Part shown: one piece after another, positions 20,177 through 29,989 of the stretch
Numbering within the stretch: position 1 is the stretch's first letter
How the letters are laid out: each line of letters opens with the position of its first letter
Source: Candidatus Dojkabacteria bacterium
Lineage (GTDB): Bacteria > Patescibacteriota > Dojkabacteria > SC72 > JAFGCJ01
Assembly (NCBI GenBank): GCA_016932785.1
Contig: JAFGCJ010000002.1
Coordinates: 13,983-77,982, forward strand
DNA length: 64,000 nt
Direction of reading: 5' to 3'
Made by a program: the position numbers and the translations under genes
Notes under the pieces: generated by a model
Seen by the model: only the letters and a program-made list of their open reading frames with translations
Told to the model about the DNA's origin: nothing
The model's database searches: none

Positions 20177-20887
20177 TTACAGAACAATCTTCTCAAGCTT
20201 CTCGATGACGGTCTCAGCATTATCGAAAATTGTCCAATTTCGTTCTCGAGATATCCTCATCATGTCAGGATGATGGTCATTCTTTAAGACAAAGGCATGG
20301 TTCATTAGTTCAAGCATATGAATGTCTCCAGTGCTGTCACCGAAACCGACAGAAAAATAATCTTTCTGTTTTCCTGTTAGTTCATCTATGATCTTTACTT
20401 TCTCGTGTTCGTTTAGGATATGCGGGTTTTGACCTGTGAAAATACCATTCTGGGTTAAAATTTTTGTTGCAAATACGTTGTTTGCATCAAGTAGCTCTGA
20501 CACTTCTTTTACTACAGTATCTGGTCCAGCTGACACTAGAGTTATTTCGAAGTTGTTTTCCCGAAGATGATCGATTACCGGTTTGACCCATTCAAAGAAT
20601 ATCTGTGTTTTCCTCTGTAGTAGGTCTTTTACAGTCTGAGATACATAATCAACTGTTTTTCCCTGTAGTGATTCTGAGAAAAGGTTAAGCGTGCCTTCTG
20701 TTATCGTGGCGTAGTTGATCTCACCCTTTTGATATTTGTTTGCTAGTTTTTTAAACTCATCAGTAAGTCTTTGCGGTGAGGATTTCTCTTTCACTAGATA
20801 AAAGAGAAGCTCTGAAGCTGTATAGCCGTTATAAATAGTATTATCTACATCGAAAAAGGCATGTCGTTTAGTTTTTGTGGGTGTCAT
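20177..20887 (-). CDS. HAD-IB family hydrolase (SerB-like)
   Basis: FFDVDNT motif I, LVSAG motif II, GDSTGD motif IV. Confidence 0.9.
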   Translation of the reverse strand: MTPTKTKRHAFFDVDNTIYNGYTASELLFYLVKEKSSPQRLTDEFKKLANKYQKGEINYATITEGTLNLFSESLQGKTVDYVSQTVKDLLQRKTQIFFEWVKPVIDHLRENNFEITLVSAGPDTVVKEVSELLDANNVFATKILTQNGIFTGQNPHILNEHEKVKIIDELTGKQKDYFSVGFGDSTGDIHMLELMNHAFVLKNDHHPDMMRISRERNWTIFDNAETVIEKLEKIVL

Positions 20888-20956
20888 AGTCGATAGCTGA
20901 GAGATTATGATAAGAAATGTCGTGCTGTCTGTTATTCGGCAGTCTCTAATCTAGGT

Positions 20957-21033
<77 letters not shown>

Positions 21034-21065
21034 TACAGAGAGCATTATATCATTGGATTTTCTGA

Positions 21066-22121
21066 TTACCAAGTTTCTATTATTCCTCCGCCGAGAACCA
21101 TTTCTTTGTCAAATATTACTAGAGATTGTCCTGGTGTTGGTGCCCACAGAGGTTTAAGGAACTTGATTTTTGAGTCAGCAATTTTACATGGGACAGGGAT
21201 TTGTCTGTATCTTGTTGAGGCTGATATAGAAGCAGAAATACTTGGGGTCTTGTTAATCCAGGTTAGTTGATCAACAGCAACTGTGTCGCTGAATAGTGAT
21301 GGGTTTTCTTTTCCCTTTGCGACGTAGAGTGTATTTGATTTTGCATCTATTTTGGCCACGAAGTACGGTTGTTCGGTTCCCCCTACTCTTATTCCTTCCC
21401 TTTGACCGAGAGTAAAATTCCAGACACCTTGGTGTGCTCCTACCTCTTTTTTTGTATCAATGTCTATTATTCTTCCTTGATGTGGAGCTAAGTCTTCTAA
21501 GAGAGTATTGTTGAGCTTGTTTCTCTTCAAGAAGCATATATCTTGACTCTCATCTCTGGCTTTAACTGGTAGGTTTTTCTGCGTTGCTATTTTCTTTACA
21601 TTCTCCTTGGTTAAGTCTCCTACGGGAAATATGGTTTTCGATAACTGTTTTTGTGTTATTCGGTAGAGAAAATATGATTGATCTTTTTTTGGGTCCAATC
21701 CTCTTAGTAAATCGAAAGAACCGGTCTTGTTTGTCCTTTTTCTTGCGTAGTGTCCTGTGGCAATATATTCGGCTCCGGTTTCCAGGGCTTTATCAAATAG
21801 TAATCCAAATTTGATTTTTTCGTTGCACAGCACGCAGGGATTGGGTGTTCTTCCCCGGCTGTATTCTGAAATAAAGTTTTCTACAATTTTGGCTTGAAAT
21901 TCTTTGGACAGATCGATTGTCTTTAGCGGAACTTTTAGAAAATCACATACCTTTTGGGCATTCTCTTTATCTTCTTGACTTGTGTATCCGGTCTCCATAA
22001 AAAGTCCTGTGACAATGAAGCCGGCATCTTTTAGTAGGTATGCTGATGTTGAGCTATCTATTCCTCCTGACATTGCAACAAATACGTTAGATTGTTTTGA
22101 AATTGATAAATCTGTCATCAT
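21066..22121 (-). CDS. mnmA: tRNA 2-thiouridine(34) synthase MnmA
   Basis: AMSGGIDSS PP-loop, TPNPCVLCN, ATGHYA, KDQSYFL, ESQDICF, TPGQSLV. Confidence 0.97.
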   Translation of the reverse strand: MMTDLSISKQSNVFVAMSGGIDSSTSAYLLKDAGFIVTGLFMETGYTSQEDKENAQKVCDFLKVPLKTIDLSKEFQAKIVENFISEYSRGRTPNPCVLCNEKIKFGLLFDKALETGAEYIATGHYARKRTNKTGSFDLLRGLDPKKDQSYFLYRITQKQLSKTIFPVGDLTKENVKKIATQKNLPVKARDESQDICFLKRNKLNNTLLEDLAPHQGRIIDIDTKKEVGAHQGVWNFTLGQREGIRVGGTEQPYFVAKIDAKSNTLYVAKGKENPSLFSDTVAVDQLTWINKTPSISASISASTRYRQIPVPCKIADSKIKFLKPLWAPTPGQSLVIFDKEMVLGGGIIETW

Positions 22122-22585
22122 GCTAACTCGGATGTTTCGATTTTTATAATTTTAAATTTTTTACTGTTGACTTCAATTATATCTCCTATTTTCTTCTTGT
22201 TAATTTTCTTTCCAAGCGTCGAGTCTATTGAGAGCATTCTCTCCTGAGTAGTATTAATTTTGCTGCCTAGTATTTCGGTATCCGTTTCAGAACAAATATG
22301 TAGTATTAATGATGTTTCCTGATCGGTTTGGAGCGTAACTTTATGTCCTACATGGACACTTTTGTTGTCCTGAGGTTTTGAAAGTGGTTGGCTGGTGGCA
22401 TAGGTTTCCCTGAGTTCATCCAGAGTAATCTGTTTTGCTTCCTTCAGCTGTTTATTTGGATTATGCCAGTTATCTCCTCCGGTTTTGCTTTCGATTTCTC
22501 GAATTAGCTCTTCCTGGAACTCATTCTCCATGAGTTTTATTCTCTTCGAGATTTCTTCTATTGTAGAGTGAAATAGTTTACTCAT
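22118..22585 (-). CDS. Divergent GreA/GreB-family protein
   Basis: N-terminal coiled-coil hairpin; C-terminal 'VHVGHKVTL...LSIDSTLGKKINKKKIGD...FKIIKI' GreA C-domain pattern. Confidence 0.75.
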   Translation of the reverse strand: MSKLFHSTIEEISKRIKLMENEFQEELIREIESKTGGDNWHNPNKQLKEAKQITLDELRETYATSQPLSKPQDNKSVHVGHKVTLQTDQETSLILHICSETDTEILGSKINTTQERMLSIDSTLGKKINKKKIGDIIEVNSKKFKIIKIETSELA

Positions 22586-22830
22586 AATATATTTGGTAAA
22601 ACGTTAGATAAATGAGACTCGCTGAGCCTTTTCTGTAAGTTCCTGATTCTTGACTGGAATAGTATGGGCATTGGGGGGCCTGCTTTTCAATTAACTCTAT
22701 GGTCATATTGAAAAGTTTAGCCATAATGGGGCTGATTCTATCACACGTCGATTATGTATAACAAGGGGTCTTTCTAAGGTAGCCTTGGAAATCTCTTGAT
22801 AGAAAATTTCAGGTCAGCTATATTCATATT

Positions 22831-23403
22831 ATGTTATTTAACTGGAATCGACTTAAAAAAATAGTTCCGTTAATTGTTCTTGTTGTCGTTGTAACTGCAG
22901 GTTTTGCGTACTGGGAAAAGATTAGCGGAACTTTTAACTTTTTAAAGAATCCGTTTGAATTTTCTCGGAATGACAATAATGAGAAGGATTCTTCGGATGA
23001 TAATAAGAAAAAAGATGACAACGACTCTCTGCAGGTTGAGGTAGTGACTGATACTGATAGACTGGTTGTCAAAGTTGAGGAGGCGAGAACACCTGAGGAA
23101 CTTGGTCAGGGCCTGATGTACCGGGAGAACCTTTGTGAAAACTGCGGTATGGTTTTCTATTTCAAAACTGACAGAACTGGCGGTTTCTGGATGAAAAATT
23201 GTGAAATTCCTTTGGATATTATCTTCATTGATTCTGCTGGTGAGATTGTTGATATCAAACGGGATTTTGAGCCGTGTAATGAGGAAATTTGTCCGAGTTA
23301 TACCCCGATGAAGGTATACCGTTATGCACTGGAGGTTAATGCTGGATGGTGTGAGAAAAATGATGTCGAGGTTGGCGATAAGGTTGAGGGATTAGATCCT
23401 TAG
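22831..23403 (+). CDS. DUF192 domain protein with N-terminal membrane anchor
   Basis: 'ARTPEELGQGLMYR...GMVF...FWMKNCEIPLDIIFID...YALEVNAGW'. Confidence 0.9.
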   Translation: MLFNWNRLKKIVPLIVLVVVVTAGFAYWEKISGTFNFLKNPFEFSRNDNNEKDSSDDNKKKDDNDSLQVEVVTDTDRLVVKVEEARTPEELGQGLMYRENLCENCGMVFYFKTDRTGGFWMKNCEIPLDIIFIDSAGEIVDIKRDFEPCNEEICPSYTPMKVYRYALEVNAGWCEKNDVEVGDKVEGLDP

Positions 23404-23545
23404 TGTTTCGTTTTAGTGAGTAATGCAGATTTTAATGAAGATTTCTTGTTTTAATAGTTTATCTGTTTTTTGCCCGTGTGCCGTTGCCATAAAAGCCTCT
23501 GGTTAATATAATTAATTAGAAGTTAAATTTAATCTTTCATTTTTA

Positions 23546-24403
23546 ATGAAATTTCCTAATGTTCTTGACGGTCTGAATCGTGTTCTCAGACTTTGGCCGG
23601 TTGCTCTTGCAGTGATTGTTTTCTTAGTGATTCTTAACTCCACAGTGTTTACAGTCAAATATGGAACTGTCGGTGTGGTTACCAGATTCGATCGGGTCAC
23701 CGGAGATGTTGTAAAGCCAGGCTTGCACGTGAAGATCCCTTTTGTCGACCGTGTAGTCCTCTATAGAACTCAGAAGGTGATATACGAGACATTGGAGCAA
23801 GGATCAACCTCGAATGCAGACTACACTGACTATCCGGTGGACACGACCACGAGTGACGGCCAGCAGGTTTCTATTAGATATACTGTCCGTTTTTCCGTTA
23901 ATCCTAAGAAGGCAACATTTGTAGCAAACAACCTTGGAACGGAATCAGAAGTTGTTGAGAAAATTGTTAAAACCGACTCAAGAATTCACGCGAGAAGTAT
24001 ACCGAGAAAGTACAAGGCAATAGATCTTTACTCAGGGAACGTGGAGGTAGTCCAGGAAGAAATTGAGGAAATTCTTAGGCCGTTGTTTGAGGAGAACGGC
24101 TTAATTCTTGATGAATTTGGAATTCGAAGTATTAATTTCCAGGATGAATATGTTACAGCCGTTGAGGAAAAACAGATCGAGAGTGAACGGGTAAAGACAG
24201 AGGAATACAGAGCGCAGCAGGAGGAGTACAAGAAACAGGCAAAAATAACTCGTGCTGAGGGTGATGCCGAGGCTCAGCGCTTGGTGCAGTCTACTTTGAC
24301 TGATGCAATGTTGAAGAAGTTGTATATTGATAAGTGGGATGGTATTTTGCCTGGTGTTGTGGCTGGGGATAAGGGTGTGATTTTGGATCTGGGATCGCTT
24401 TAG
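23546..24403 (+). CDS. SPFH/prohibitin (band 7) family protein
   Basis: TM, 'GVVTRF...PGLHVKIPFVD', 'AVEEKQ...AEGDAEA...IDKWDG'. Confidence 0.93.
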   Translation: MKFPNVLDGLNRVLRLWPVALAVIVFLVILNSTVFTVKYGTVGVVTRFDRVTGDVVKPGLHVKIPFVDRVVLYRTQKVIYETLEQGSTSNADYTDYPVDTTTSDGQQVSIRYTVRFSVNPKKATFVANNLGTESEVVEKIVKTDSRIHARSIPRKYKAIDLYSGNVEVVQEEIEEILRPLFEENGLILDEFGIRSINFQDEYVTAVEEKQIESERVKTEEYRAQQEEYKKQAKITRAEGDAEAQRLVQSTLTDAMLKKLYIDKWDGILPGVVAGDKGVILDLGSL

Positions 24404-24406
24404 GCT

Positions 24407-24543
24407 TATAGTTGGGGGTCTGACCCCCGTCAGGTTTGACCCCGTTCTATAACGGTTACGGTCTATTTTTTAATGAAAATTTTGTTAAAACCCCAAGGTT
24501 AAAGTGTTTTCTTTGGGGACAGACCCAACGCGGGTCAGACCCC
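24407..24543. repeat. REP-doublet element copy 1 (REPIN/MITE-like; four GGGGTYTGACCCC-type palindromes around an AT-rich core)
   Basis: gggggtctgacccc-cgtc-aggtttgacccc ... ggggacagaccc-aacgc-gggtcagacccc; homologous to 27548-27685. Confidence 0.85.
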
Positions 24544-25166
24544 TAGATCTGGTTCATCAATGCATTGACCTTAGCACCCCAGGCATCTGGAGTTACCGGA
24601 TTATAAGTAGGTGCTATTGCATAAGGATTGCTTGTACCATATCCATACCGCAAACCATATCCAACCGTGTATATAGCCTCATTGAAACTGTTGAATCCCC
24701 TTTGACCCCATCCGAAAGGATTGTATGAACGGAAACAATGGATTCCACCTGAAGATTCAACTATAGAAATTGCAGGTAACAAACGGTAGTCAAGTCCGAA
24801 TAAGTCAGAGACTTCAACTATGTAGTAAGCATTGGCGGCCATAGGCGAATTCCATCTGGCGTAGAAATTTCTGACTCTCTGAGCCTTGGCTTCTCTATCA
24901 GCAATTTGTTTTAGCTCGATTCCATGATTTTTTGCAAGATCGGCTTGTTTATTAAGGTGCGCAACTGAGATTTGCTCCTGATTTTCAGTATAGGGAGTAT
25001 TAATTTTACCTCTTCCAATATCTGTAGAAAATGAGGCATGTGCCTGTTGGATTGAGCTGTAGCTTGAGAGAACTCTTGACCAGAGGAGAATAAATAATAC
25101 GCTGCCAAGCAGAATCTTTTTTGTAATGTCGATTAGCTTCGTAACGTTTTTCTTTTTGGATATCAT
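24543..25166 (-). CDS. Membrane-anchored lysozyme-like/glucosaminidase-domain protein (paralogue of 7268-7957)
   Basis: 'SPMAANAYYIV...LDYRLLPAISIVESSGG...YNPFGW'. Confidence 0.75.
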   Translation of the reverse strand: MISKKKNVTKLIDITKKILLGSVLFILLWSRVLSSYSSIQQAHASFSTDIGRGKINTPYTENQEQISVAHLNKQADLAKNHGIELKQIADREAKAQRVRNFYARWNSPMAANAYYIVEVSDLFGLDYRLLPAISIVESSGGIHCFRSYNPFGWGQRGFNSFNEAIYTVGYGLRYGYGTSNPYAIAPTYNPVTPDAWGAKVNALMNQI

Positions 25167-25336
25167 TCATGATATCATCAATATTATTCCGGTTGATGCT
25201 GGGTTTCGTTGTTTCATTGAGTGTCCCAGCGGTCTTCCGGTAAAGTTGCCCGTTTTTGGCAACTTTGGTCATTTTGTCATTATCGAAGCAGAATTATATA
25301 TGTTATGGGATATAAATTCAAGACTAAGAAAAGACT

Positions 25337-25987
25337 ATGATAGGGGCAATAAAAGACTATTTAATCGAGATTATTGACGCAATAGGCTATTTGGGGGTAT
25401 TCATTACTATGACCTTAAGTTCATGCTTAATACCAATACCTTCAGAGGTAGTTTTACCTTTAACAGGGGCACTTTCATATGAGGGGAAAATGAATGTGCA
25501 TCTTGCGGTTTGGGTTGCTACTGCGGGAAATATGGTGGGTTCGCTTATTGCATATTGGATTGGCATTAAAATAAATGAAAAGAAGCTGGTTGAATTAATA
25601 AACAGGTGGGGGAAGTTTATTCTGGTAAGTGAGCATGAATATAATATTGCAAGAAAATGGGTAAAGAAATATGGGAATGGAGTGTCTTTCTTTGGGCGTC
25701 TTATTCCTGGAATCAGGACGATTGTCTCTCTCCCTGCCGGAGTTGTAGGTGTAAAGCTTGTCCCTTTTGTGCTCTACTCTTTTGCGGGTTCTGTTGTGTG
25801 GAACTACATTTTGGCATTTTTGGGATATAAATTCGGCGAAAAATGGGAGGATTTGGAAGTTTATTTTGAGAAGTTCGATATTGCAATACTGGTGTTAATG
25901 GTGCTAGCTGTTGGTTTTTATGTTTATAAGAAAATATCTGGTAGGAGTGCAAAGAATGCTACAAAGAGGGCTAGGAAAGAAGCCTAG
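25337..25987 (+). CDS. DedA family membrane protein
   Basis: 'PIPSEVVLP...GSLIAYWIG...FFGRLIPGIRTIVSLPAG'. Confidence 0.93.
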   Translation: MIGAIKDYLIEIIDAIGYLGVFITMTLSSCLIPIPSEVVLPLTGALSYEGKMNVHLAVWVATAGNMVGSLIAYWIGIKINEKKLVELINRWGKFILVSEHEYNIARKWVKKYGNGVSFFGRLIPGIRTIVSLPAGVVGVKLVPFVLYSFAGSVVWNYILAFLGYKFGEKWEDLEVYFEKFDIAILVLMVLAVGFYVYKKISGRSAKNATKRARKEA

Positions 25988-27525
25988 CGAATAAGGCTTT
26001 TTCCTGTGATTTGCTCTGGTTTATTAATGCCCATAATGTCCAATATTGTTGGCGTGACGTCAGATAAAGCACCACTTTCGAGCATTTCTCTTGTGGTAAT
26101 TCTTTTGGGGGTGGCGAGTATGAATGGGACTGGATTGATTGAGTGTTCGGTATCAGTCTCTCCGGTTTTCAGGTTTGTCATTTCCTCAATATTTCCGTGA
26201 TCCGCTGTTATTATGGCTGTTCCTCCGAGTGAGTGGGTCGCTTTGACGATGTGTTGGACACTTTTGTCTACAGTCTGCATTGCCTTTAAGCCGGCATCGA
26301 AGACTCCCGTATGTCCTACCATATCGCCGTTTGCTAGATTTACAAGAATGAAGTTGTAGATTCTAAGTGAAATCTTCTCAAGGAGAATTCTTGTTACCTC
26401 GGGTAAGCTCATTTCTGGCTTGAGATCGTAGGTTGCAACGTCCGGTGATGGAACTTCGACCCTATCTTCAGCTTGGAATTTGATCGATCTTCCTCCATTG
26501 AAGAAGTACGTGACATGGGGAAATTTCTCTGACTCTGCTATTCTTAATTGTCTTCTTCCATCTTCAGCGATGATTCTGCCAAGAGGAAGACTAATATTCT
26601 CTTTTGGAAATGCTATGTGTTGTGGGATTCCCTTAGCATATTGAGTCATTCCGACAAAAAAGAGGTTTTGTGGTACCTTTTCTCTTTTAAAATAGGTAAA
26701 TTCTGGTGCTATGAAGGCATAAGTTAGTTCTACGGCCCTATCTGATCTAAAGTTGAGGAAGACGAACGCATCGTTGTTTTCAATTGTAATAGGTGTTGAA
26801 GTGCTAGTTATTTGGGTTGGCTGGATAAATTCGTCGGTCTCGCCTCTTTGGTAGGCCTGGTCCAGAGCTTCTTGCCAGGTATTTGCCTCGAGTCCCTTGC
26901 CTTCTGTGAAAAGGTCGTAGGCTTTCTGAATTCTTTCCCAAACCTGGTTTCTATCCATACCGTAGTATCTTCCCCCGATAGTTCCAATTGTGCCGATTTT
27001 GTATTTTTTGAGGAATTCTTGTGTTCTTTTTAGATAAGTAGCGGCGGATTTTGGTGGCGTGTCTCGGCCGTCAGTAAATGCGTGAACGATTACGGGCTGC
27101 TGAAAGTTGTGAAGTGATAGGGTTTTTATGAAGGCCTCCAAGTGGTTGATTGAGCCGTGTACTTCCCCGTCACTGAGGCAAACTGCGACGTGAAGTTTAC
27201 TTTTGTTTTCGTTGGCGTGGTTTATTGCTTCGAGAAATTCCTGATTCTGGAAAAATTGTCCTTTCTGGATCGAGCGGTTGATTCTCGGAAGGTCTTGGTA
27301 GACGACTCTTCCGCTTCCAAGGTTCATGTGGCCGACTTCGCTATTTCCTTTTACTCCGGGGGGAAGTCCGACATATTCTTCAGATGCCTGGAGATATGTG
27401 TGAGGGTAGCTGCTCCAAGCTTTTTCAAGAAATGGTGTAGGAGCTTTGGTTACAGCGTTGCCGGTTGTGTTTGGGGCTATTCCTACTCCGTCGAGTATCA
27501 GTAGTACAACGAGGGTGTTTTCCAT
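25984..27525 (-). CDS. gpmI: 2,3-bisphosphoglycerate-independent phosphoglycerate mutase
   Basis: LLILDG, GNSEVGHMNLG, TDGRDT, AESEKFPHVTYFFNGG, NGDMVGHTG, ADHGN. Confidence 0.97.
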   Translation of the reverse strand: MENTLVVLLILDGVGIAPNTTGNAVTKAPTPFLEKAWSSYPHTYLQASEEYVGLPPGVKGNSEVGHMNLGSGRVVYQDLPRINRSIQKGQFFQNQEFLEAINHANENKSKLHVAVCLSDGEVHGSINHLEAFIKTLSLHNFQQPVIVHAFTDGRDTPPKSAATYLKRTQEFLKKYKIGTIGTIGGRYYGMDRNQVWERIQKAYDLFTEGKGLEANTWQEALDQAYQRGETDEFIQPTQITSTSTPITIENNDAFVFLNFRSDRAVELTYAFIAPEFTYFKREKVPQNLFFVGMTQYAKGIPQHIAFPKENISLPLGRIIAEDGRRQLRIAESEKFPHVTYFFNGGRSIKFQAEDRVEVPSPDVATYDLKPEMSLPEVTRILLEKISLRIYNFILVNLANGDMVGHTGVFDAGLKAMQTVDKSVQHIVKATHSLGGTAIITADHGNIEEMTNLKTGETDTEHSINPVPFILATPKRITTREMLESGALSDVTPTILDIMGINKPEQITGKSLIR

Positions 27526-27547
27526 GTTTATATATTAGCATAAGATT

Positions 27548-27685
27548 TGGGGTTTGACCCCCGTTGGGTTTGACCCCGTTTTATAAAGCAGAGGAAACGT
27601 TTTATAATGAATTTTTTGTTAATTCGTTGGAATAAAGGGATTTCTGTTGGGGACAGACCTAGCCGGGGTCAGACCCCCAACTATA
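27548..27685. repeat. REP-doublet element copy 2
   Basis: ggggtttgacccc-cgtt-gggtttgacccc ... ggggacagacct-agcc-ggggtcagacccccaactata; AT core shares taatgaa..ttttgttaa and taaag.g.tttct with copy 1. Confidence 0.85.
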
Positions 27686-27720
27686 GGACTTGCTTATAGC
27701 CTTAACTCCCCCCGAGTTAC

Positions 27721-28476
27721 TTACTTCTTCAAAAAAGACAGGATTTTTGTGAAATCCCTTATAACAAAATCTGCGCTGTTTACATAGCTATCATTCAATC
27801 CCTCAGTCAAAACCCCAACACAAAGAATTCCTGCGGATTTTGCAGATGCTATGCCATTTCGCGAGTCTTCAAAAACAACTGCCTCCTGTTTATCTACCCC
27901 AACTCTTTCTACAGCAATATTATATATTTGCGGACTAGGTTTTCCTTCTGATACGTCTTCGGCCGTCAAGGTAAAATCGAACAGCTTTTCAAGATCAAAG
28001 TGTTTCAATATAAGAGTCGCAAATTCTCTTACCGACGATGTTGCCAGACATGTCGGGTAGCACCTGTTTTTAAGAAAATGCAATAGATCTGGGACGCCAT
28101 CTTTAAGTTTTATAACCTCATCGGGGTGATTTTCCAGGTTATACCGTTTGCCTTTTCTAAAGTCGGAAATTAGCTCGTCTACGTCGTATTCGCTGACTTT
28201 TCTGTCTGCTAAGACTCCATCAAAGCCCTCTTTTGTTCTTTTACCGGAGAAAAACCTTTGGTAATCATCATTACTTAGGTCAATGTTGAAGAATTTTTTT
28301 AGAGTGTCAGCGTAGCCTCGATAGTTTAGTTGTTCTAGATCAACAATTGTTCCATCCATATCGAATATGAATGCTTTTTTGCGTCGAATTTCTTCTTTAA
28401 TTCCTTCAGGAATTTCTTCATTAATATCTGCCATATTTTTTTCTGTTGGAGGTTTTCTTGTCATAAACTTAGTCAT
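27721..28476 (-). CDS. HAD-IA family phosphatase (beta-PGM/CbbY-like); true start may be 28464 or later
   Basis: FDMDGT, LATSS, KPSPQIY, VFEDSRNGI. Confidence 0.9.
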   Translation of the reverse strand: MTKFMTRKPPTEKNMADINEEIPEGIKEEIRRKKAFIFDMDGTIVDLEQLNYRGYADTLKKFFNIDLSNDDYQRFFSGKRTKEGFDGVLADRKVSEYDVDELISDFRKGKRYNLENHPDEVIKLKDGVPDLLHFLKNRCYPTCLATSSVREFATLILKHFDLEKLFDFTLTAEDVSEGKPSPQIYNIAVERVGVDKQEAVVFEDSRNGIASAKSAGILCVGVLTEGLNDSYVNSADFVIRDFTKILSFLKK

Positions 28477-28558
28477 TGTAGCAGAAAAGGCTGTGAGTTC
28501 CCAAATATAGGGTTTTATTCATTGACTACTTACCTGTTATGTGTTATTTTTACCCGCG

Positions 28559-29227
28559 ATGGATACGAATTTCATGAAGAAAGTTGAACAGGATACTGTT
28601 AAAAGAAATCTGGATGTGAGGCCTGGCGATACAGTCAAGGTTCATATTCTTATTAAAGAGGCCGGTAAGGAGAGAGAGCAGATCTTTGAAGGTGTTGTTC
28701 TGTCTGTTAGCGGTTCCGGTGCGCGTAAGACTTTTACGGTGAGGAAAATTAGTCACGGTGTAGGTGTAGAGAAGATTTTTCCCGTTAATTCTCCTTTGAT
28801 AAAGAAGATTGATGTTATGGAAAGGGGTAATGCACGGCGATCCAAGCTTTACTATATGAGAAAGAGGATTGGTAAGAGATCTTTGGATGTAAATCTTAAA
28901 GAGGGTTTTGAAGCTATTATTGAAGAGGAAGAAGTTGAGGAAAAACCGGAGAAGAAAGACGAAGAGCCTGCAGAAGAAAAGGTCGAGAAGAAGGCAGAAG
29001 AACCGGCCGAGGAAAAGGTTGAGAAGAAGACTCCCGCAGCCGAGGAAAAAGTTCCTGAAGCAGAAGAAAAATCCGGTGATGCTAAAGAGAAGAAGGCTCC
29101 TGCAAAAGCCAAAGCAGAACCTGAGAAAAAAGACGAGAAAAAAGAACCCAAGGATAACAAGAAATCCGCTGAGAAAGGATCTGAAAAGGCCCCTAAAAAA
29201 GACCCCCCAAAAGAAGCCAAAAAGTAA
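28559..29227 (+). CDS. rplS: 50S ribosomal protein L19 with long E/K/A/P-rich C-terminal extension
   Basis: 'RPGDTVKVH...REQIFEGVV...TFTVRKISHGVGVEKIFP...RRSKLYYMR'. Confidence 0.96.
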   Translation: MDTNFMKKVEQDTVKRNLDVRPGDTVKVHILIKEAGKEREQIFEGVVLSVSGSGARKTFTVRKISHGVGVEKIFPVNSPLIKKIDVMERGNARRSKLYYMRKRIGKRSLDVNLKEGFEAIIEEEEVEEKPEKKDEEPAEEKVEKKAEEPAEEKVEKKTPAAEEKVPEAEEKSGDAKEKKAPAKAKAEPEKKDEKKEPKDNKKSAEKGSEKAPKKDPPKEAKK

Positions 29228-29323
29228 TCTCCTACCCCGTTTGGCTATTTTTCAATCATTTATGTATCATTAGTTCGTGCCTAAAAAATTCATGTTTTAT
29301 TTTTCATAAAAAAATTAGCAGCC

Positions 29324-29989
29324 ATGACTCCTAAAGACTCAACAGCCAGGTTCAGCAATTTCTCCCTAGAATATGAATATCTAAGCAGTGGTTGTAAATA
29401 CGTTGCAGGTATGGATGAAGTTGGACGGGGGTGTCTGGCAGGACCTGTTGTTGCCGCTGTTGCGGTTATTTCAAAAGAGGATCAGTATATTCCAGGAGTT
29501 TGGGACAGCAAAACCATGACCGCAAAGAGACGGGAGGATGTTTACGATCAGCTTCTGGATACCGTAGATGCCTATGGAATTGGTGAGGCATCCTGTGCTG
29601 AAATTGATGAATTAGGAATTGGTCCGGCATCGTCTCTTGCTATGCAGCGTGCCTACGATGTTCTTGATATTAAGCCGGATATTGTACTTATCGATGGTGA
29701 AAAAGTACAGGCTCCGAATTTGCACAGTCGGCATCTTAAGCAGGGTGACCGCAAGCATTTCATTATTTCCGTGTCATCTGTCATAGCTAAGGTCTATCGT
29801 GACCGAATGATGATCAAACTAAGTAAACAGTATAGTGGTTATGGTTTTGAGAAGAACGTTGGGTACGGGACGAAGGAGCATCGGTTGGCCCTGGAGTCGC
29901 AGGGAGTTTGTGAAATACATAGGAAAACGTTTTCCCCCGTGAAGGATATTATTTCTAAGGGGAAATTTTATGAGAAAGGTTCGGGATAG
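29324..29989 (+). CDS. rnhB: Ribonuclease HII
   Basis: GMDEVGRGCLAGPV, DSK, LIDG, SVIAKVYRD, GYGTKEH, HRKTF. Confidence 0.96.
   Translation: MTPKDSTARFSNFSLEYEYLSSGCKYVAGMDEVGRGCLAGPVVAAVAVISKEDQYIPGVWDSKTMTAKRREDVYDQLLDTVDAYGIGEASCAEIDELGIGPASSLAMQRAYDVLDIKPDIVLIDGEKVQAPNLHSRHLKQGDRKHFIISVSSVIAKVYRDRMMIKLSKQYSGYGFEKNVGYGTKEHRLALESQGVCEIHRKTFSPVKDIISKGKFYEKGSG

Noticed and set aside
24407-27685. CRISPR array interpretation of the GGGGTCTGACCCC repeats
   Set aside because: No regular repeat-spacer periodicity, repeats are inverted doublets, and no cas genes are present.
28852-29273. Alternative-frame and antisense ORFs over the rplS tail
   Set aside because: By-products of low-complexity E/K/A codons.
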